From Pachysolen tannophilus NRRL Y-2460 (lineage: Eukaryota): DNA of 42,591 nt. How positions within the stretch are numbered: the stretch's first letter is position 1; every line of letters starts with the position of its first letter. Of this stretch, positions 10,526 to 21,263 are shown piece after piece. Made by a program: the position numbers and the translations under genes. The stretch spans positions 1,514,724 to 1,557,314 of the forward strand of contig KV454011.1 in the NCBI GenBank assembly GCA_001661245.1. The letters are read 5' to 3'. Under the pieces are notes generated by a model. It saw nothing but the letters and a program-made list of their open reading frames with translations, was not told the origin of the DNA and searched no databases.

Positions 10526-12523
10526 ATGAAAGTGAGTCCTCCAATTGATCATCATTGGTTCATGATGTCTTGGAACTATATAATACAAAGATTTAAGAGA
10601 TTGAAACAAATTACAAAAGCGGTATTGATTATAGTACTGATATTAGAAGTTACATTTTTATATTCTTATAAATCTTTTAGTGATCATAGTGTTATTGTTA
10701 CAAAAGTAATAGAAGCTCCTGGACGTGGATTAAGTTATTCTCATTTAATAGATATTTTTGGAGATGATTTTGCAAAAGAAAGTTTAGATTATAAATGTAA
10801 AACTTATTTTGAAGAATTATATAATTATGATCCAAATTGGAATTTAGGTGATTTTAAAGGTTTAAATTTTAATGTTGATTTAGCAAAAAGTTCAAGTTTA
10901 AATAAATATATTCTGAAAATTAATAAAAAATTAAGAAAAGGTGTTCCATTAGGTGAAAGAAGAGAATTAAAAGAAAAAATTGCAGAAAAAGCACTGCAAG
11001 AAGAACAAGTTAATTTATTAATTGAAGATATGATTTATAATTCGGTTGGACATGTTAAAGTTTTTGGTAAATGTTTTATAGATGATAAAGATCGTGAATA
11101 TGGCAACTTTGATGATATAGAAACAAGATTACTTCCTTGGTTAAATAAAAGATTACCAACTTTTATTAGTTGGGATGGGAAAACAGTTGATGACCATTTA
11201 CCTATGACAAATGAACTTAAATTTTCATCATCATCATCAAATTCAAAAAGATACCTGCCTCAACCTTATATTGAAGGAACATCTTTTTTAAAATATTTAA
11301 GCAAAAATATGAGTGGTAAAGGTATTGTTATAAGTTGTAGTGATAGTTTAGTTGAAGAACTTGTTAGATTATTACGTGTTTTAAGATTTTTACATAATGA
11401 TTTACCAATAGAAATTGTTCATAAAGGTGATTTGGATCAAAATCATAGAAATACTTTGATTCAAGCTGCAAGAGATGATTTAATTTTATCTTCAGATATT
11501 AAAATTGATTATTCTCCTCAAGAAATTTGGTTTGTTGATGTTTCATCATGTATTAAACCAGATTTCTTGGCTAATGATACTTTTGAAACTTTTTCAAATA
11601 AATGGTTAGCTTCTCTTTTCACTTCATTTGATGAAATGATCTTATTAGATAGTGATGCTGTACCTTTTTTCAATCCAAGTTATTTTTTCACACATTTAAA
11701 AGGTTATTCTGAAACTGGTGGATATTTTTTCAAAGATAGAGAAATTGATCCTTTAGTTGAAGGTAGTTTTTTAGAATTTTATAAAAAATTATTACCTTCA
11801 GCAATGGATACAAAATTTTTCGAAATTCCTCAAACTACAAGTTCTACAAATAACAATAGATTATTTGGTAAGAAAGCTAAACATTTTATGGAAAGTGGGA
11901 TGGTACTATTAAAAAGATCGACTCATTTTAGTGGGTTATTAATGTCTGTTCATTTACAATTATGGGTTCCAACAAGTTCTCCAGTTCATGGAGATAAAGA
12001 ATTATTTTGGTTGGGTCAAGTTTTGGTTGGAAATGAAAATTTTAAATTCAATAAAAACCCTGCTGCTGCATCTGGTTTAGTAGATAATACTAAATTTAAA
12101 CTGGCAAAAGAAATTTGTTCGATTCAACCAACACATATTGCAGATGATGATCATACTTTATTATGGGTGAATAGTGGACTTCAAATTTGTAAAAAACAAA
12201 CTTGGAATAGAGATTATTTATTAAGACCTTATAGAAAGAAGAAACATACAGTTGAATCTTTGCAACAATATTTCGAATCTCCATTTTTGATAAATGGTGC
12301 TATTATCCCTCCAGATTCTTTGGATAAATATAATAATAAGCTGCGTGAACCAATTACAGGTTGGTCTAAAGCAGATAACTTGGGTTGCGAAAGATATTTC
12401 TTTTGTGCCAGAGACAGAGCAGGCAGTGCAGATGGTGATAGATATGCAAAAGGTATCTTGATTACGTATGATGAAGAAGAACAAATGAGATTTGCAAATA
12501 TATCTCTTGTTTGGGTTGGTTAA
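10526..12523 (+). CDS. Alpha-1,3-mannosyltransferase, GT71 (MNN1/MNT family), copy 1
   Basis: Type II membrane anchor, GKGIVIS, LPIEIVHKGDL, FSNKWLA, DxD motif (LLDSDAVP), FFKDRE, MESG and HGDKELFWLG. Confidence 0.9.
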   Translation: MKVSPPIDHHWFMMSWNYIIQRFKRLKQITKAVLIIVLILEVTFLYSYKSFSDHSVIVTKVIEAPGRGLSYSHLIDIFGDDFAKESLDYKCKTYFEELYNYDPNWNLGDFKGLNFNVDLAKSSSLNKYILKINKKLRKGVPLGERRELKEKIAEKALQEEQVNLLIEDMIYNSVGHVKVFGKCFIDDKDREYGNFDDIETRLLPWLNKRLPTFISWDGKTVDDHLPMTNELKFSSSSSNSKRYLPQPYIEGTSFLKYLSKNMSGKGIVISCSDSLVEELVRLLRVLRFLHNDLPIEIVHKGDLDQNHRNTLIQAARDDLILSSDIKIDYSPQEIWFVDVSSCIKPDFLANDTFETFSNKWLASLFTSFDEMILLDSDAVPFFNPSYFFTHLKGYSETGGYFFKDREIDPLVEGSFLEFYKKLLPSAMDTKFFEIPQTTSSTNNNRLFGKKAKHFMESGMVLLKRSTHFSGLLMSVHLQLWVPTSSPVHGDKELFWLGQVLVGNENFKFNKNPAAASGLVDNTKFKLAKEICSIQPTHIADDDHTLLWVNSGLQICKKQTWNRDYLLRPYRKKKHTVESLQQYFESPFLINGAIIPPDSLDKYNNKLREPITGWSKADNLGCERYFFCARDRAGSADGDRYAKGILITYDEEEQMRFANISLVWVG

Positions 12524-13306
12524 ATATTAGGGTAAAAATTAGGAAACGCAAATTGTGGGATTTGTATTTAAAAAATATAGAATTTTAAAAATTTAGAACA
12601 TTTATGTGTATTATATATATATATCGATCGATATTAAAATAAAAAAAAAAATACTAGAAATTAGTTCATAAATACCACTAAGCTGAGTAACACTGCCATT
12701 TCCATGTTATTATAGTTATTATCGCTGTTGTAATTATTGTAATTGTTGTAGTTTTAATGAATTTTTTTTTTTTTTCTCTCTCGTTTCTACATATTATATA
12801 AAATAACAACAAAAATATAATCTAATCATATTAATATAATTTTACAACTCCAGCACTTAATCAGATCTTTCAAAATGCCAGTAAGCTTATTGGCGATTAT
12901 GCAGTTCGACTGAGTCTAGAAGAAGTCTTTAATCGTTGACACTGCATGAATTCCTGTATGTACGCTAATTAAAAATTGCATAATTCCTAAAAACAACAAA
13001 AAAATATTCAATTTGAGCTTTTTATTATAGATTCATATTCCATATTTAGATTTGTTTCTTAAGCGATAAAAAAATATATAGACAAGCTTATTAGTCAAGC
13101 TTTTATTTATCTTAGAGTTGTTTTACTTGTTTTTGTTATTTGATCATTAAAGGAAATTCTTGAAATATATAAGTCACGAATAGATGCTATTTTGAAAACC
13201 TAAAGAATATTTATTTATTATTTGATAATATATTACCCCAGTTAGTATTAGTATATATGCTTTGAGCTTTTTTATGCTTAGTTTATCGAGATAATATGTT
13301 ACCATA

Positions 13307-15280
13307 ATGTATAAGAGCTCTGTGTTTCCTATGTTATTACTCCCGAATTTGAGGAGACTTAAAAAAACCAGGCTAATCATCCTTTGCCTTACATTGGTTC
13401 TCAGTCAACTAGTGGTTTATAATTTGTATTTTACAATGTTCAATGAGCCGGCGCTCCTTTCTGCTGAAAAATTAGATGATCCCAGCATGACATATAACCA
13501 TTTAGTGGATTTGTTTGACGATGAAATATTTTCAAAAGAGACTTTAGAAAATAAGTGCCTTGGTTATTTTCAAGAATTACATGGTTATGATCCTAATTGG
13601 AATATAAGTAAATTGGAACATCTTACTTACCATAGAAAGATAGCAGATGAAATGGTAGATTTCAAGTCTTATTATAGAAAAGAATGTGAGAATGAATGGC
13701 AAAGGTTAGAGATTGTAGATAAAAAAATGAGACAGCAAGTATGTTCTAGTGTAAGATCTGCTATCTTGGGACAATTTAAAGAAAATAAAATGATTGAAAA
13801 TTCAATTTTTAACTATGTTGGACATTTGAAAGCTTATAACAAATGTTTTATTGAATCAAAAGAAACTGCTAGAAAATTCGGAATTGAACTGGATCGTACT
13901 GTTTTAAAAAACTTAGAACAAAGATTATTTCCTTGGTTAACTGGAAAACAACCCATTTTCACACGATGGACGGGTCAAGCGATTTCAAATTATATTCCCA
14001 AGATTAATAAAGATGGTGATATTACCAAATTAAAAGATAACACGGATCTGGATATTAATTCTTTTTGCATTACAGATTTGACTAATAACATGTATGGAAA
14101 GGGCATAGTAATGACATTTGGTGATCACCAATTAAAGGAAGCCATTAACGCGATAAAAGTATTGAGGTATTTGCGTAATGATTTACCAATTCAAATTATT
14201 CATAAAGGTGATTTATCTCAAGATTCACAAAACTCTTTAATTAGTATTGCTAGGGAAAACTTAACACTGATTGACCACTCCCTTCAAGAGTTATGGTTTG
14301 TAGATGTTTCCATTTCAATTCAAGAATCATATAAAAAAAATTTTGAAAATTTTGCAAATAAATGGTTATCAGTTTTATTCAATTCATTTGATGAAATTTT
14401 TTTTCTTGACCATGATGCTACAGTATTTTATCCTCCAGCTTATTTCTTTGATGAATTGCAACTGTATAAAGAAAATAATGCATTTTTCTTTAGAGATAGA
14501 GAATTCAAATATGATATAAAGGAAAATTATTTGAAATTTTACAAGAGCTTATTACCATCAACTTTAGATAATAAATTGTTTAAAATCGAAATGGACTCAT
14601 CAGTCTTAGAGACAAATTTCTTTAAAGGTCTTTCAAGACATTTCGTGGACAGTGGTGTAGTTTTAATGAAAAGATCAACTCATTTGGGAGGAATCTTAAC
14701 TGCAATCCATTTACAAATGTGGTCTCCAACTAGTGCCTCTGTGTATGGCGATAAAGAATTATTTTGGTTGGGACAAACAATCGTTGGTAATTCATTTGCT
14801 ATTAGTGAAAACCCAGCTGGTTCTTCTGGGTTGATAAAGGGCGATGGAATCACCAAAAAAACTCATGATATTTGTTCCTCTCAATTGACTCATATCTCTG
14901 ATATAGATAATCATTCAATACTTTGGATTAATGGTGGTTTGGAAAGCTGCAAAGTCACTCCTATGGAATTGGAAACAGCTGAGAACAACATCAATCCAGA
15001 AAATGTTGATCCCAATGAGAACGTTGTCCTGGAGAAGACTATGCTTAAAATAGAAGGTGTAATTATTCCTCCAGATGCAACAAATTCTTTTCCAAACTCA
15101 GATGGAGAACCAGAAACTGGTTGGAAATTTAAAATGAATCCTCCAACCTGTGGTGGCTACTCCTACTGTGCTTACGAAAAAGTCGGTCCTTTAAAGAACC
15201 CCGTTCTTGGGAGGTTAATAAGATATGATACACGGGAGGTAGAAAAATATAATAAACTAATTGAAGTTTGCTTTGCTTGA
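13307..15280 (+). CDS. Alpha-1,3-mannosyltransferase, GT71 (MNN1/MNT family), copy 2
   Basis: Same motif set: GKGIVMT, LPIQIIHKGDL, FANKWLS, LDHDA, FFRDRE and YGDKELFWLG. Confidence 0.9.
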   Translation: MYKSSVFPMLLLPNLRRLKKTRLIILCLTLVLSQLVVYNLYFTMFNEPALLSAEKLDDPSMTYNHLVDLFDDEIFSKETLENKCLGYFQELHGYDPNWNISKLEHLTYHRKIADEMVDFKSYYRKECENEWQRLEIVDKKMRQQVCSSVRSAILGQFKENKMIENSIFNYVGHLKAYNKCFIESKETARKFGIELDRTVLKNLEQRLFPWLTGKQPIFTRWTGQAISNYIPKINKDGDITKLKDNTDLDINSFCITDLTNNMYGKGIVMTFGDHQLKEAINAIKVLRYLRNDLPIQIIHKGDLSQDSQNSLISIARENLTLIDHSLQELWFVDVSISIQESYKKNFENFANKWLSVLFNSFDEIFFLDHDATVFYPPAYFFDELQLYKENNAFFFRDREFKYDIKENYLKFYKSLLPSTLDNKLFKIEMDSSVLETNFFKGLSRHFVDSGVVLMKRSTHLGGILTAIHLQMWSPTSASVYGDKELFWLGQTIVGNSFAISENPAGSSGLIKGDGITKKTHDICSSQLTHISDIDNHSILWINGGLESCKVTPMELETAENNINPENVDPNENVVLEKTMLKIEGVIIPPDATNSFPNSDGEPETGWKFKMNPPTCGGYSYCAYEKVGPLKNPVLGRLIRYDTREVEKYNKLIEVCFA

Positions 15281-15676
15281 ACAAACGAGCAAAAAAAAAA
15301 AAAAAAGGCTAATAATATCTTGTGGAGTATTTATTGATTTTCTTTTCTTATAATATGTTTAATTATTTAATTACATAGTTGCTAATAATACCTTGTATAA
15401 TTAATAGATCATTAAATGATGTTGTTCTTATGTATGATCTGATTTCTGTTAAGAGTTTTCTTCGGAGTTTCACCTTCTTCTTTTTTTTTCGGTCTCGCGC
15501 AGTAACCCCACAAAATTGGCTAAAATGATACGAGACATAATCTATATTTATTATATATAATTATATATATTTAAATAAATGGATAAGTATAGATATCGGT
15601 ATACATATTAGTTATAATTTCTAGCTCTATTCTTTATTGGGTGAGTTGGGTTTAATTTTTTTCAGAAAAATAGGAT

Positions 15677-17029
15677 ATGTTAAGACATATTACTAGACCA
15701 AAACTGAAGGTGATATGGTCAAGGTTTAGTTTACCTCGGCTTGATGGTAGTTTTTCTAAATATTCCAATCTTGTTTCCTCTCCGATTAAAATTAAAGATT
15801 ACAATTCATCTTATATTTCCATTGAGTTTCAAGATAGTGATGGTAGTAATGTTACAAATTTTAGCAATTTCTTTCTTAGAGATTCTTGCAGTTTACACAA
15901 TATATCTATTGATCCAAGTTCAGGTCAAAAATTATTCACTACGGGTAAGATACCTACAGATATAAAACCTGCCAAAGAACCATTGATTGTTCAATCAGAG
16001 AATGGAGATTTTTTCTTAAAAATTCAGTGGGATGAAGTTGGGTTAATTGGAAAAGAATCTTTATATTCGGCAGATTTTTTGAAAAAATATTCTGTATTTG
16101 AGAAAAGAAGAAGAGGGAAAGTTTTCTATCAGGATAAATTATTTTGGGATCATCAACTGATTTCTAAAGCTTCTCAAGAAATTAATTTTAATTACAAAGA
16201 TTATATGGATAATGAAAATGATTTTTTTTGTGCTTTAAAATCAATAAATAAGTATGGGTTATGTTTTATAAATAATATACCTCAACAATTATTTAATAGT
16301 GGTTCTTCTAATGAATGGTTTATTGAAAAAATTGCCAATAGAATTGGGTATATAAGAGAAACTTTTTATGGGAAATTATTTGATGTCAAGTCAATTCCAG
16401 ATGCTAAAAATATTGCTTATACCAATAATTTTTTACCTTTACACATGGATTTATTATATTACGAGGCACCTCCTGGTTTACAATTATTGCACTCAATCAA
16501 GAATAAGACATTTGGGGGAGAAAACATATTTCTGGACTCTTTCCATGCTGCAACATACATTAAAGAAAAAGACCCTCAAGCATTCTTAGCATTAACTACA
16601 ATTCCTATTGCATATCAGTATCATAACGATGGAGAATTTTATTATTATGAAAGACCATTAATCGTTGAGCATGACACTGTTGATTATTCCACTGGGTCTC
16701 AAATTATAAAAGAAGTAAACTATTCACCTCCGTTTCAAGCCCCTTTTGAATCAGGAAGCGTAGTTGAAGGCAAAGGTGATTTATTAAAAGATTACATTAG
16801 AGGCATAAAATTATTTGAAAATTTCATAAACGATCCAACCAATCAATACCAATTAAAGATGCAGGAAAACTCGTGTGTTATATTTGATAATCGAAGAGTC
16901 CTACACTCAAGAAATGCATTTGAGTATGGAGAATCAAAAGACCAACAAGAAAGATGGCTTAAAGGCTGCTATTTGGATACTGACACTTTTATGTCTAGAC
17001 TAAGAGTTTACCACGAAAAATTAAATTGA
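15677..17029 (+). CDS. AIM17: Mitochondrial Fe(II)/2-oxoglutarate dioxygenase, gamma-butyrobetaine hydroxylase/Aim17-like (TauD family)
   Basis: Basic presequence, LRDSC N-domain, RETFYG, NIAYT...LHMD (HxD), PGLQLLH, DNRRVLHSR and RWLKGCY. Confidence 0.8.
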   Translation: MLRHITRPKLKVIWSRFSLPRLDGSFSKYSNLVSSPIKIKDYNSSYISIEFQDSDGSNVTNFSNFFLRDSCSLHNISIDPSSGQKLFTTGKIPTDIKPAKEPLIVQSENGDFFLKIQWDEVGLIGKESLYSADFLKKYSVFEKRRRGKVFYQDKLFWDHQLISKASQEINFNYKDYMDNENDFFCALKSINKYGLCFINNIPQQLFNSGSSNEWFIEKIANRIGYIRETFYGKLFDVKSIPDAKNIAYTNNFLPLHMDLLYYEAPPGLQLLHSIKNKTFGGENIFLDSFHAATYIKEKDPQAFLALTTIPIAYQYHNDGEFYYYERPLIVEHDTVDYSTGSQIIKEVNYSPPFQAPFESGSVVEGKGDLLKDYIRGIKLFENFINDPTNQYQLKMQENSCVIFDNRRVLHSRNAFEYGESKDQQERWLKGCYLDTDTFMSRLRVYHEKLN

Positions 17030-18263
17030 CTAGAGAGAACTAATTTAAAAATTAAATAAACTACACTCCTCATTTTCATTTACGATTGCAATAATGACAT
17101 TTAGTCTCAATCACGAGTCTATTTCATTTTATTGTAATTTCAATAAAATTGAAAAAACCAAAAAAAAAAAAAACAATTTTTTTAAGCAGTTTCGGCTTTA
17201 GCCTATCAACCGTTGTAATTAAGTGCCATAGGATAGGATTATTTATTTCCGCAATATATACATATGTATACTATGTATCTAATAAGTATCTAGGTCTTAA
17301 TAAAAGCGTCGATCTTCTAAGTTATTTACAATCAAAATGCACTTTTTTTTTTCTCTTAATGTATGATCTGAGATTTTTTCAGTCTGAGCTTATTAAAACT
17401 CTTCTTGCCCACTCATATTTAGATTATTTAGATCAATCAAACCCATGGGGTATAATTAATGAAAAATAATATAATTTATAATAATATAATATAATACAGT
17501 TACATGATAAATTGTTACCATTAAGCTTTTTTACAGAATCAAAACTTAAAGAAGATGCAATTAGTTTCTAAAAGTTCAACAAATGATATAGCAGTATCTC
17601 ATGAATAGGTTTAATCAACTTTTTTTTCTGATTTTTTTTTTCATTTTTTTCACGCAGAGTTTCTTAGTCTTAAAAACAAACTTGAACTCAACTAAAGCTT
17701 CCTCGGACCGATCATAATGATCAACTACTATTGTTAGAAAAATATTGATGCTTAAGTAAGCCCCATCCCACCTGCAGTTCCCCGTGAACCATTTGGATCA
17801 ATCAGACTTCCCATTGCACGTTTTTATTACCTGTAGTTGGTTCTCCTGCATAAAGCAGGTCAACGAGCATAGATATTTCCTCTTTAGGAAAACGGTAGAT
17901 ACATACGAGCCACACGAAGTTTCACAATTTCAAGTATTTCAGTGAGATAATAATACTCGGATCAACATTGATGTTGATGCCTGACTATTGAATAAGTGCT
18001 TTAGGGGGAAAAGTGGAAGTTTTGATAATGGAAAGTATATACGATTTTGTAATTCGATGTAATTGAGTTGGGTTGCATTGTATTGTAGATATATATATAT
18101 AAAGACGCAAGAAAGTACTTTTTTTATTCTGTTCCTTTGGATTTTTCTTTCTTTTTTTCTGGCATCACAAATAGTTAGTTGAACTCTGTGCTTCTCTGCA
18201 TAAAATAACACAGATAGGTTGAAAACTTGGTAACTTTGAAACTTGGAAAGTTCTCTCGTTATC

Positions 18264-20249
18264 ATGAAAAGTTATTGGTTTTTGCGGGCGCTCAGTTTAT
18301 GCGCTTTTGTTATTCTGAAAGTATCATCCGCTGCAGTAGATGGGAGTGATCTGCCCTTCCCTCCAGAGACTTATGTCTTTTCACTTTGGAATATTAACTC
18401 CACTAACTCAAGCGGGAATGACAGTGCAATCATTAACAGCACTTTAACCAAATTAGAAGCTATTGGTAATGACACTTCACTTAGTGATTGTCAAAAATGT
18501 ACTGAGAGATTATCGTTAGGTAAGAATATTTCACTATCTAGACCAGATTTAGTACCAATTATTTGGACTAAATGGTGCACAGTTACTGGTGTTGACACTG
18601 CCATTGATTGTGAAGTTACATATTCAAGAAATACTGTTCAAAGAACAGGATATGGTACCGATTTCACCAATGTCTTACAATTAATGGATCCTTCTAGTTA
18701 TGATGGCCAATATTACTGTTACTACCAGGAAGATGTTTGTTCTTTACCACTGACACCAGAAGTTGATATTTCATATATGTGGCCTCAAAAACAACCTAAA
18801 CATTATATTGCACCAACTCCTGGTTCAGAAACTTTTAACGTCTTACACGTTAGTGATTTCCATATAGAATTGGATTATACCATTGGTGGAGAAGGTAACT
18901 GTTCTTCAGGTGGTATCTGCTGCACTCCACACTGTTACAGAGAAAAACCTTTCCCATCTGGTTATAATGAGACTTATTATAATACTTCAACTCAATCTTT
19001 CTATAACAGTTCTTATGTCAATGGAGAATTTGTTAAAGGAGATTTTGAATACTATTATAATTCTTCTATTTATCAACCAGCACATACTTTTGGTGAATAT
19101 GAATGTGATGCTCCTGAAGTGTTGATTAATAACTCATTGAAATCAATTACAGACTACCAAAAATTGAAAAATTTAAATTTCCAGTTTGCAATTTTTACAG
19201 GTGATTTAGTTGACCATGACGAAGACCAATATATTAGCTTTGAATCTACAGTTTTATCTGAAGAATATATTTACAGAGATTTAAAATATAGATTACAAAA
19301 TATATCAGTTTTCCCGGTTTTAGGAAATCATGACAGTTATCCTTATGGACAATTAGCACAAAATAGTTCTGGTCATTCAAACTTGTATAATTGGAATTAT
19401 GATTTAATGGCTGAAATGTGGTCAGATTTTGGTTGGTTAGATCTGAGTGCTGCTCAACAAGTCAGGTCTCATTACACTGGTTATGCAATTACTACACAAC
19501 AAGGGTTAAAAATCATTTCTTTAAACTCTAACAGTTGGTACGATGCTAATCTTTATACTTTCTGGAACTCAACTGAACCTGATACTTTTGGTCAATTTGA
19601 ATTTTTAGTTGATGAATTAGTCGCTAGTGAACTGATAGATCAAAGAGTTTGGATTATTGCTCATATTCCACCAATTGTTAGTGATATTTTACCAATCCCA
19701 GCTAAATTATTTTCAGATGTCATTAAAAGATTTTCCCCTTATACAATTGCTGGTATTTTCTATGGTCACACACATGAAGATCAATTTAGTATCTTGTACG
19801 CAGGTAATGGTACAGAAAAAACTCTGGAAAACGTTGTTAATCATGCATGGATTACCCAAGCTGTTACTCCACAAGTTCAAAAAAATCCAAGTTGGAGATA
19901 TTATGAAGTTGATAGCAAGACTTTTTCTATTATGGATTCACAGAATTTTTACTTCAAATTGAATGAGACATTTGACAATAGTGGGAATGAGCCAACTTGG
20001 GAATTTGAATACTCAGCAAGAGATGCATTTGACATTGATTGGCCTTCAACTTCTCCATTAAATGCAAGCTATTGGCATTTGGTTGCAGAAAAGATGAAAA
20101 ACAGTACTTACTATAATCAAATGTATACCAATTATGAGTACAGATTTTCACCTTATACACCAGACTGTTCTTCAACAACTGACTGTAAAGATAACTGGTG
20201 TTATGTTACTAGTTTTACATATGAGAGGTATCTGAACTGTACTAGCTAA
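18264..20249 (+). CDS. Secreted acid sphingomyelinase-like metallophosphoesterase
   Basis: The true ATG is probably 18264 (MKSYWFLRALSLCAF signal peptide); the ORF track starts at a TTG. Cys-rich saposin-like N-region, motifs SDFH, TGDLVDHD, GNHD, AHIP and GHTH, and many N-glycosylation sequons. Confidence 0.88.
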   Translation: MKSYWFLRALSLCAFVILKVSSAAVDGSDLPFPPETYVFSLWNINSTNSSGNDSAIINSTLTKLEAIGNDTSLSDCQKCTERLSLGKNISLSRPDLVPIIWTKWCTVTGVDTAIDCEVTYSRNTVQRTGYGTDFTNVLQLMDPSSYDGQYYCYYQEDVCSLPLTPEVDISYMWPQKQPKHYIAPTPGSETFNVLHVSDFHIELDYTIGGEGNCSSGGICCTPHCYREKPFPSGYNETYYNTSTQSFYNSSYVNGEFVKGDFEYYYNSSIYQPAHTFGEYECDAPEVLINNSLKSITDYQKLKNLNFQFAIFTGDLVDHDEDQYISFESTVLSEEYIYRDLKYRLQNISVFPVLGNHDSYPYGQLAQNSSGHSNLYNWNYDLMAEMWSDFGWLDLSAAQQVRSHYTGYAITTQQGLKIISLNSNSWYDANLYTFWNSTEPDTFGQFEFLVDELVASELIDQRVWIIAHIPPIVSDILPIPAKLFSDVIKRFSPYTIAGIFYGHTHEDQFSILYAGNGTEKTLENVVNHAWITQAVTPQVQKNPSWRYYEVDSKTFSIMDSQNFYFKLNETFDNSGNEPTWEFEYSARDAFDIDWPSTSPLNASYWHLVAEKMKNSTYYNQMYTNYEYRFSPYTPDCSSTTDCKDNWCYVTSFTYERYLNCTS

Positions 20250-20576
20250 TATTTGTTGCTTTCAACTCATAAGAAGTAACGACTCTAAGAAGAGTGGAGA
20301 TTATACTCCAATTACTTACTTTTTTTTCTTTCTTTCTATATTTTCATTTATTTTTTCTTCAACGAAACTTTTATTTTTCACTTTATTCCTGATTGACATA
20401 GGAAACCAAGTTAGATTCTAAATTTTTATTTTGCGATCACTTTTATTTTTTTTTTTATTTAAAAAATACTTTTTTTTTTCTCTTCAAAAACTTGTCATAT
20501 TTTACTATAGACTGCTAGAGCCATTAGACAGTATTTTTTTAGAAGTTAAAATATAATTTTTGATTCCAAGATCAAA

Positions 20577-20708
20577 TGTAGATGATAAAGAAGTGATGAC
20601 GAAGATGGCGGTCAAACCGACCTTTTCTCAATTCAGTCGGGGACTTTCCGACTGCCTCGAAGTGAAGCACCACCACTAGATGAATAAATCCCGACCTTTT
20701 CATCTACA
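20577..20708. mobile_element. 132-bp TG...CA element with 9-bp terminal inverted repeats (solo-LTR-like or MITE-like) abutting a tRNA gene
   Basis: Starts TGTAGATGA and ends TCATCTACA. About 45% GC (60/132) between very AT-rich flanks, with AATAAA near the right end. No target-site duplication is visible. Confidence 0.55.
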
Positions 20709-20709
20709 A

Positions 20710-20781
20710 TCCGATGTAGTGTAACGGCTAGCACGGTCCGCTTTCACCGGGCAAACCCGGGTTCGACTCCCGGCATCGGAA
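20710..20781 (+). tRNA. tRNA-Glu (anticodon TTC), intronless
   Basis: Acceptor stem TCCGATG/CATCGGA, anticodon arm GTCCG-CTTTCAC-CGGGC, T-arm with B box GGTTCGACTCC, and a downstream T-run terminator. Confidence 0.97.
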
Positions 20782-21263
20782 AATTTAATTTTTTATTAAT
20801 TTTTATAATTTTTATATCATCGATGATAATAATACAATTCGCTTACTAGACATCACATTTATATTGGTTCAAAACTAACCTTGTGGTTTTTCTGTAGTTT
20901 TGAAAACAAGTTTGATTTGAAAATGATTTTTTTTTTCTATTTCAGTTTTCTCAATCTAAAAAAGTTCTATTTACAAAAAAAAAGTTTTTTCAAGAAAAAA
21001 AAAATAAAGTTGATTGAACTGATTTAAGAAAAATAAGTCTAGATAAGCAAAAAACGGGAAGAAATACAGAAAGAAAGTTTTTTTTTTTCTATAAGTTTTC
21101 TGCTTTTCAAAAATTTTGGTAACGTGAATCATAATAACGTCAAAACACAAACAAACAAACAAACAAAAAGAAAAAAAAATTAAAACATGAATATCAAAAT
21201 GAAAATCACAAACATTAATGTAAACATTTTCAAGATTAAAAAAAAAGATATATTTCATTTTCA

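Noticed and set aside
12903..12913. Partial B-box-like GTTCGACT
   Set aside because: It lacks the flanking G...CC of a B box and has no cloverleaf.
15641..15665. GTGAGT...TTCAG mini-intron upstream of the dioxygenase
   Set aside because: Only about 25 nt long, with no branch point.
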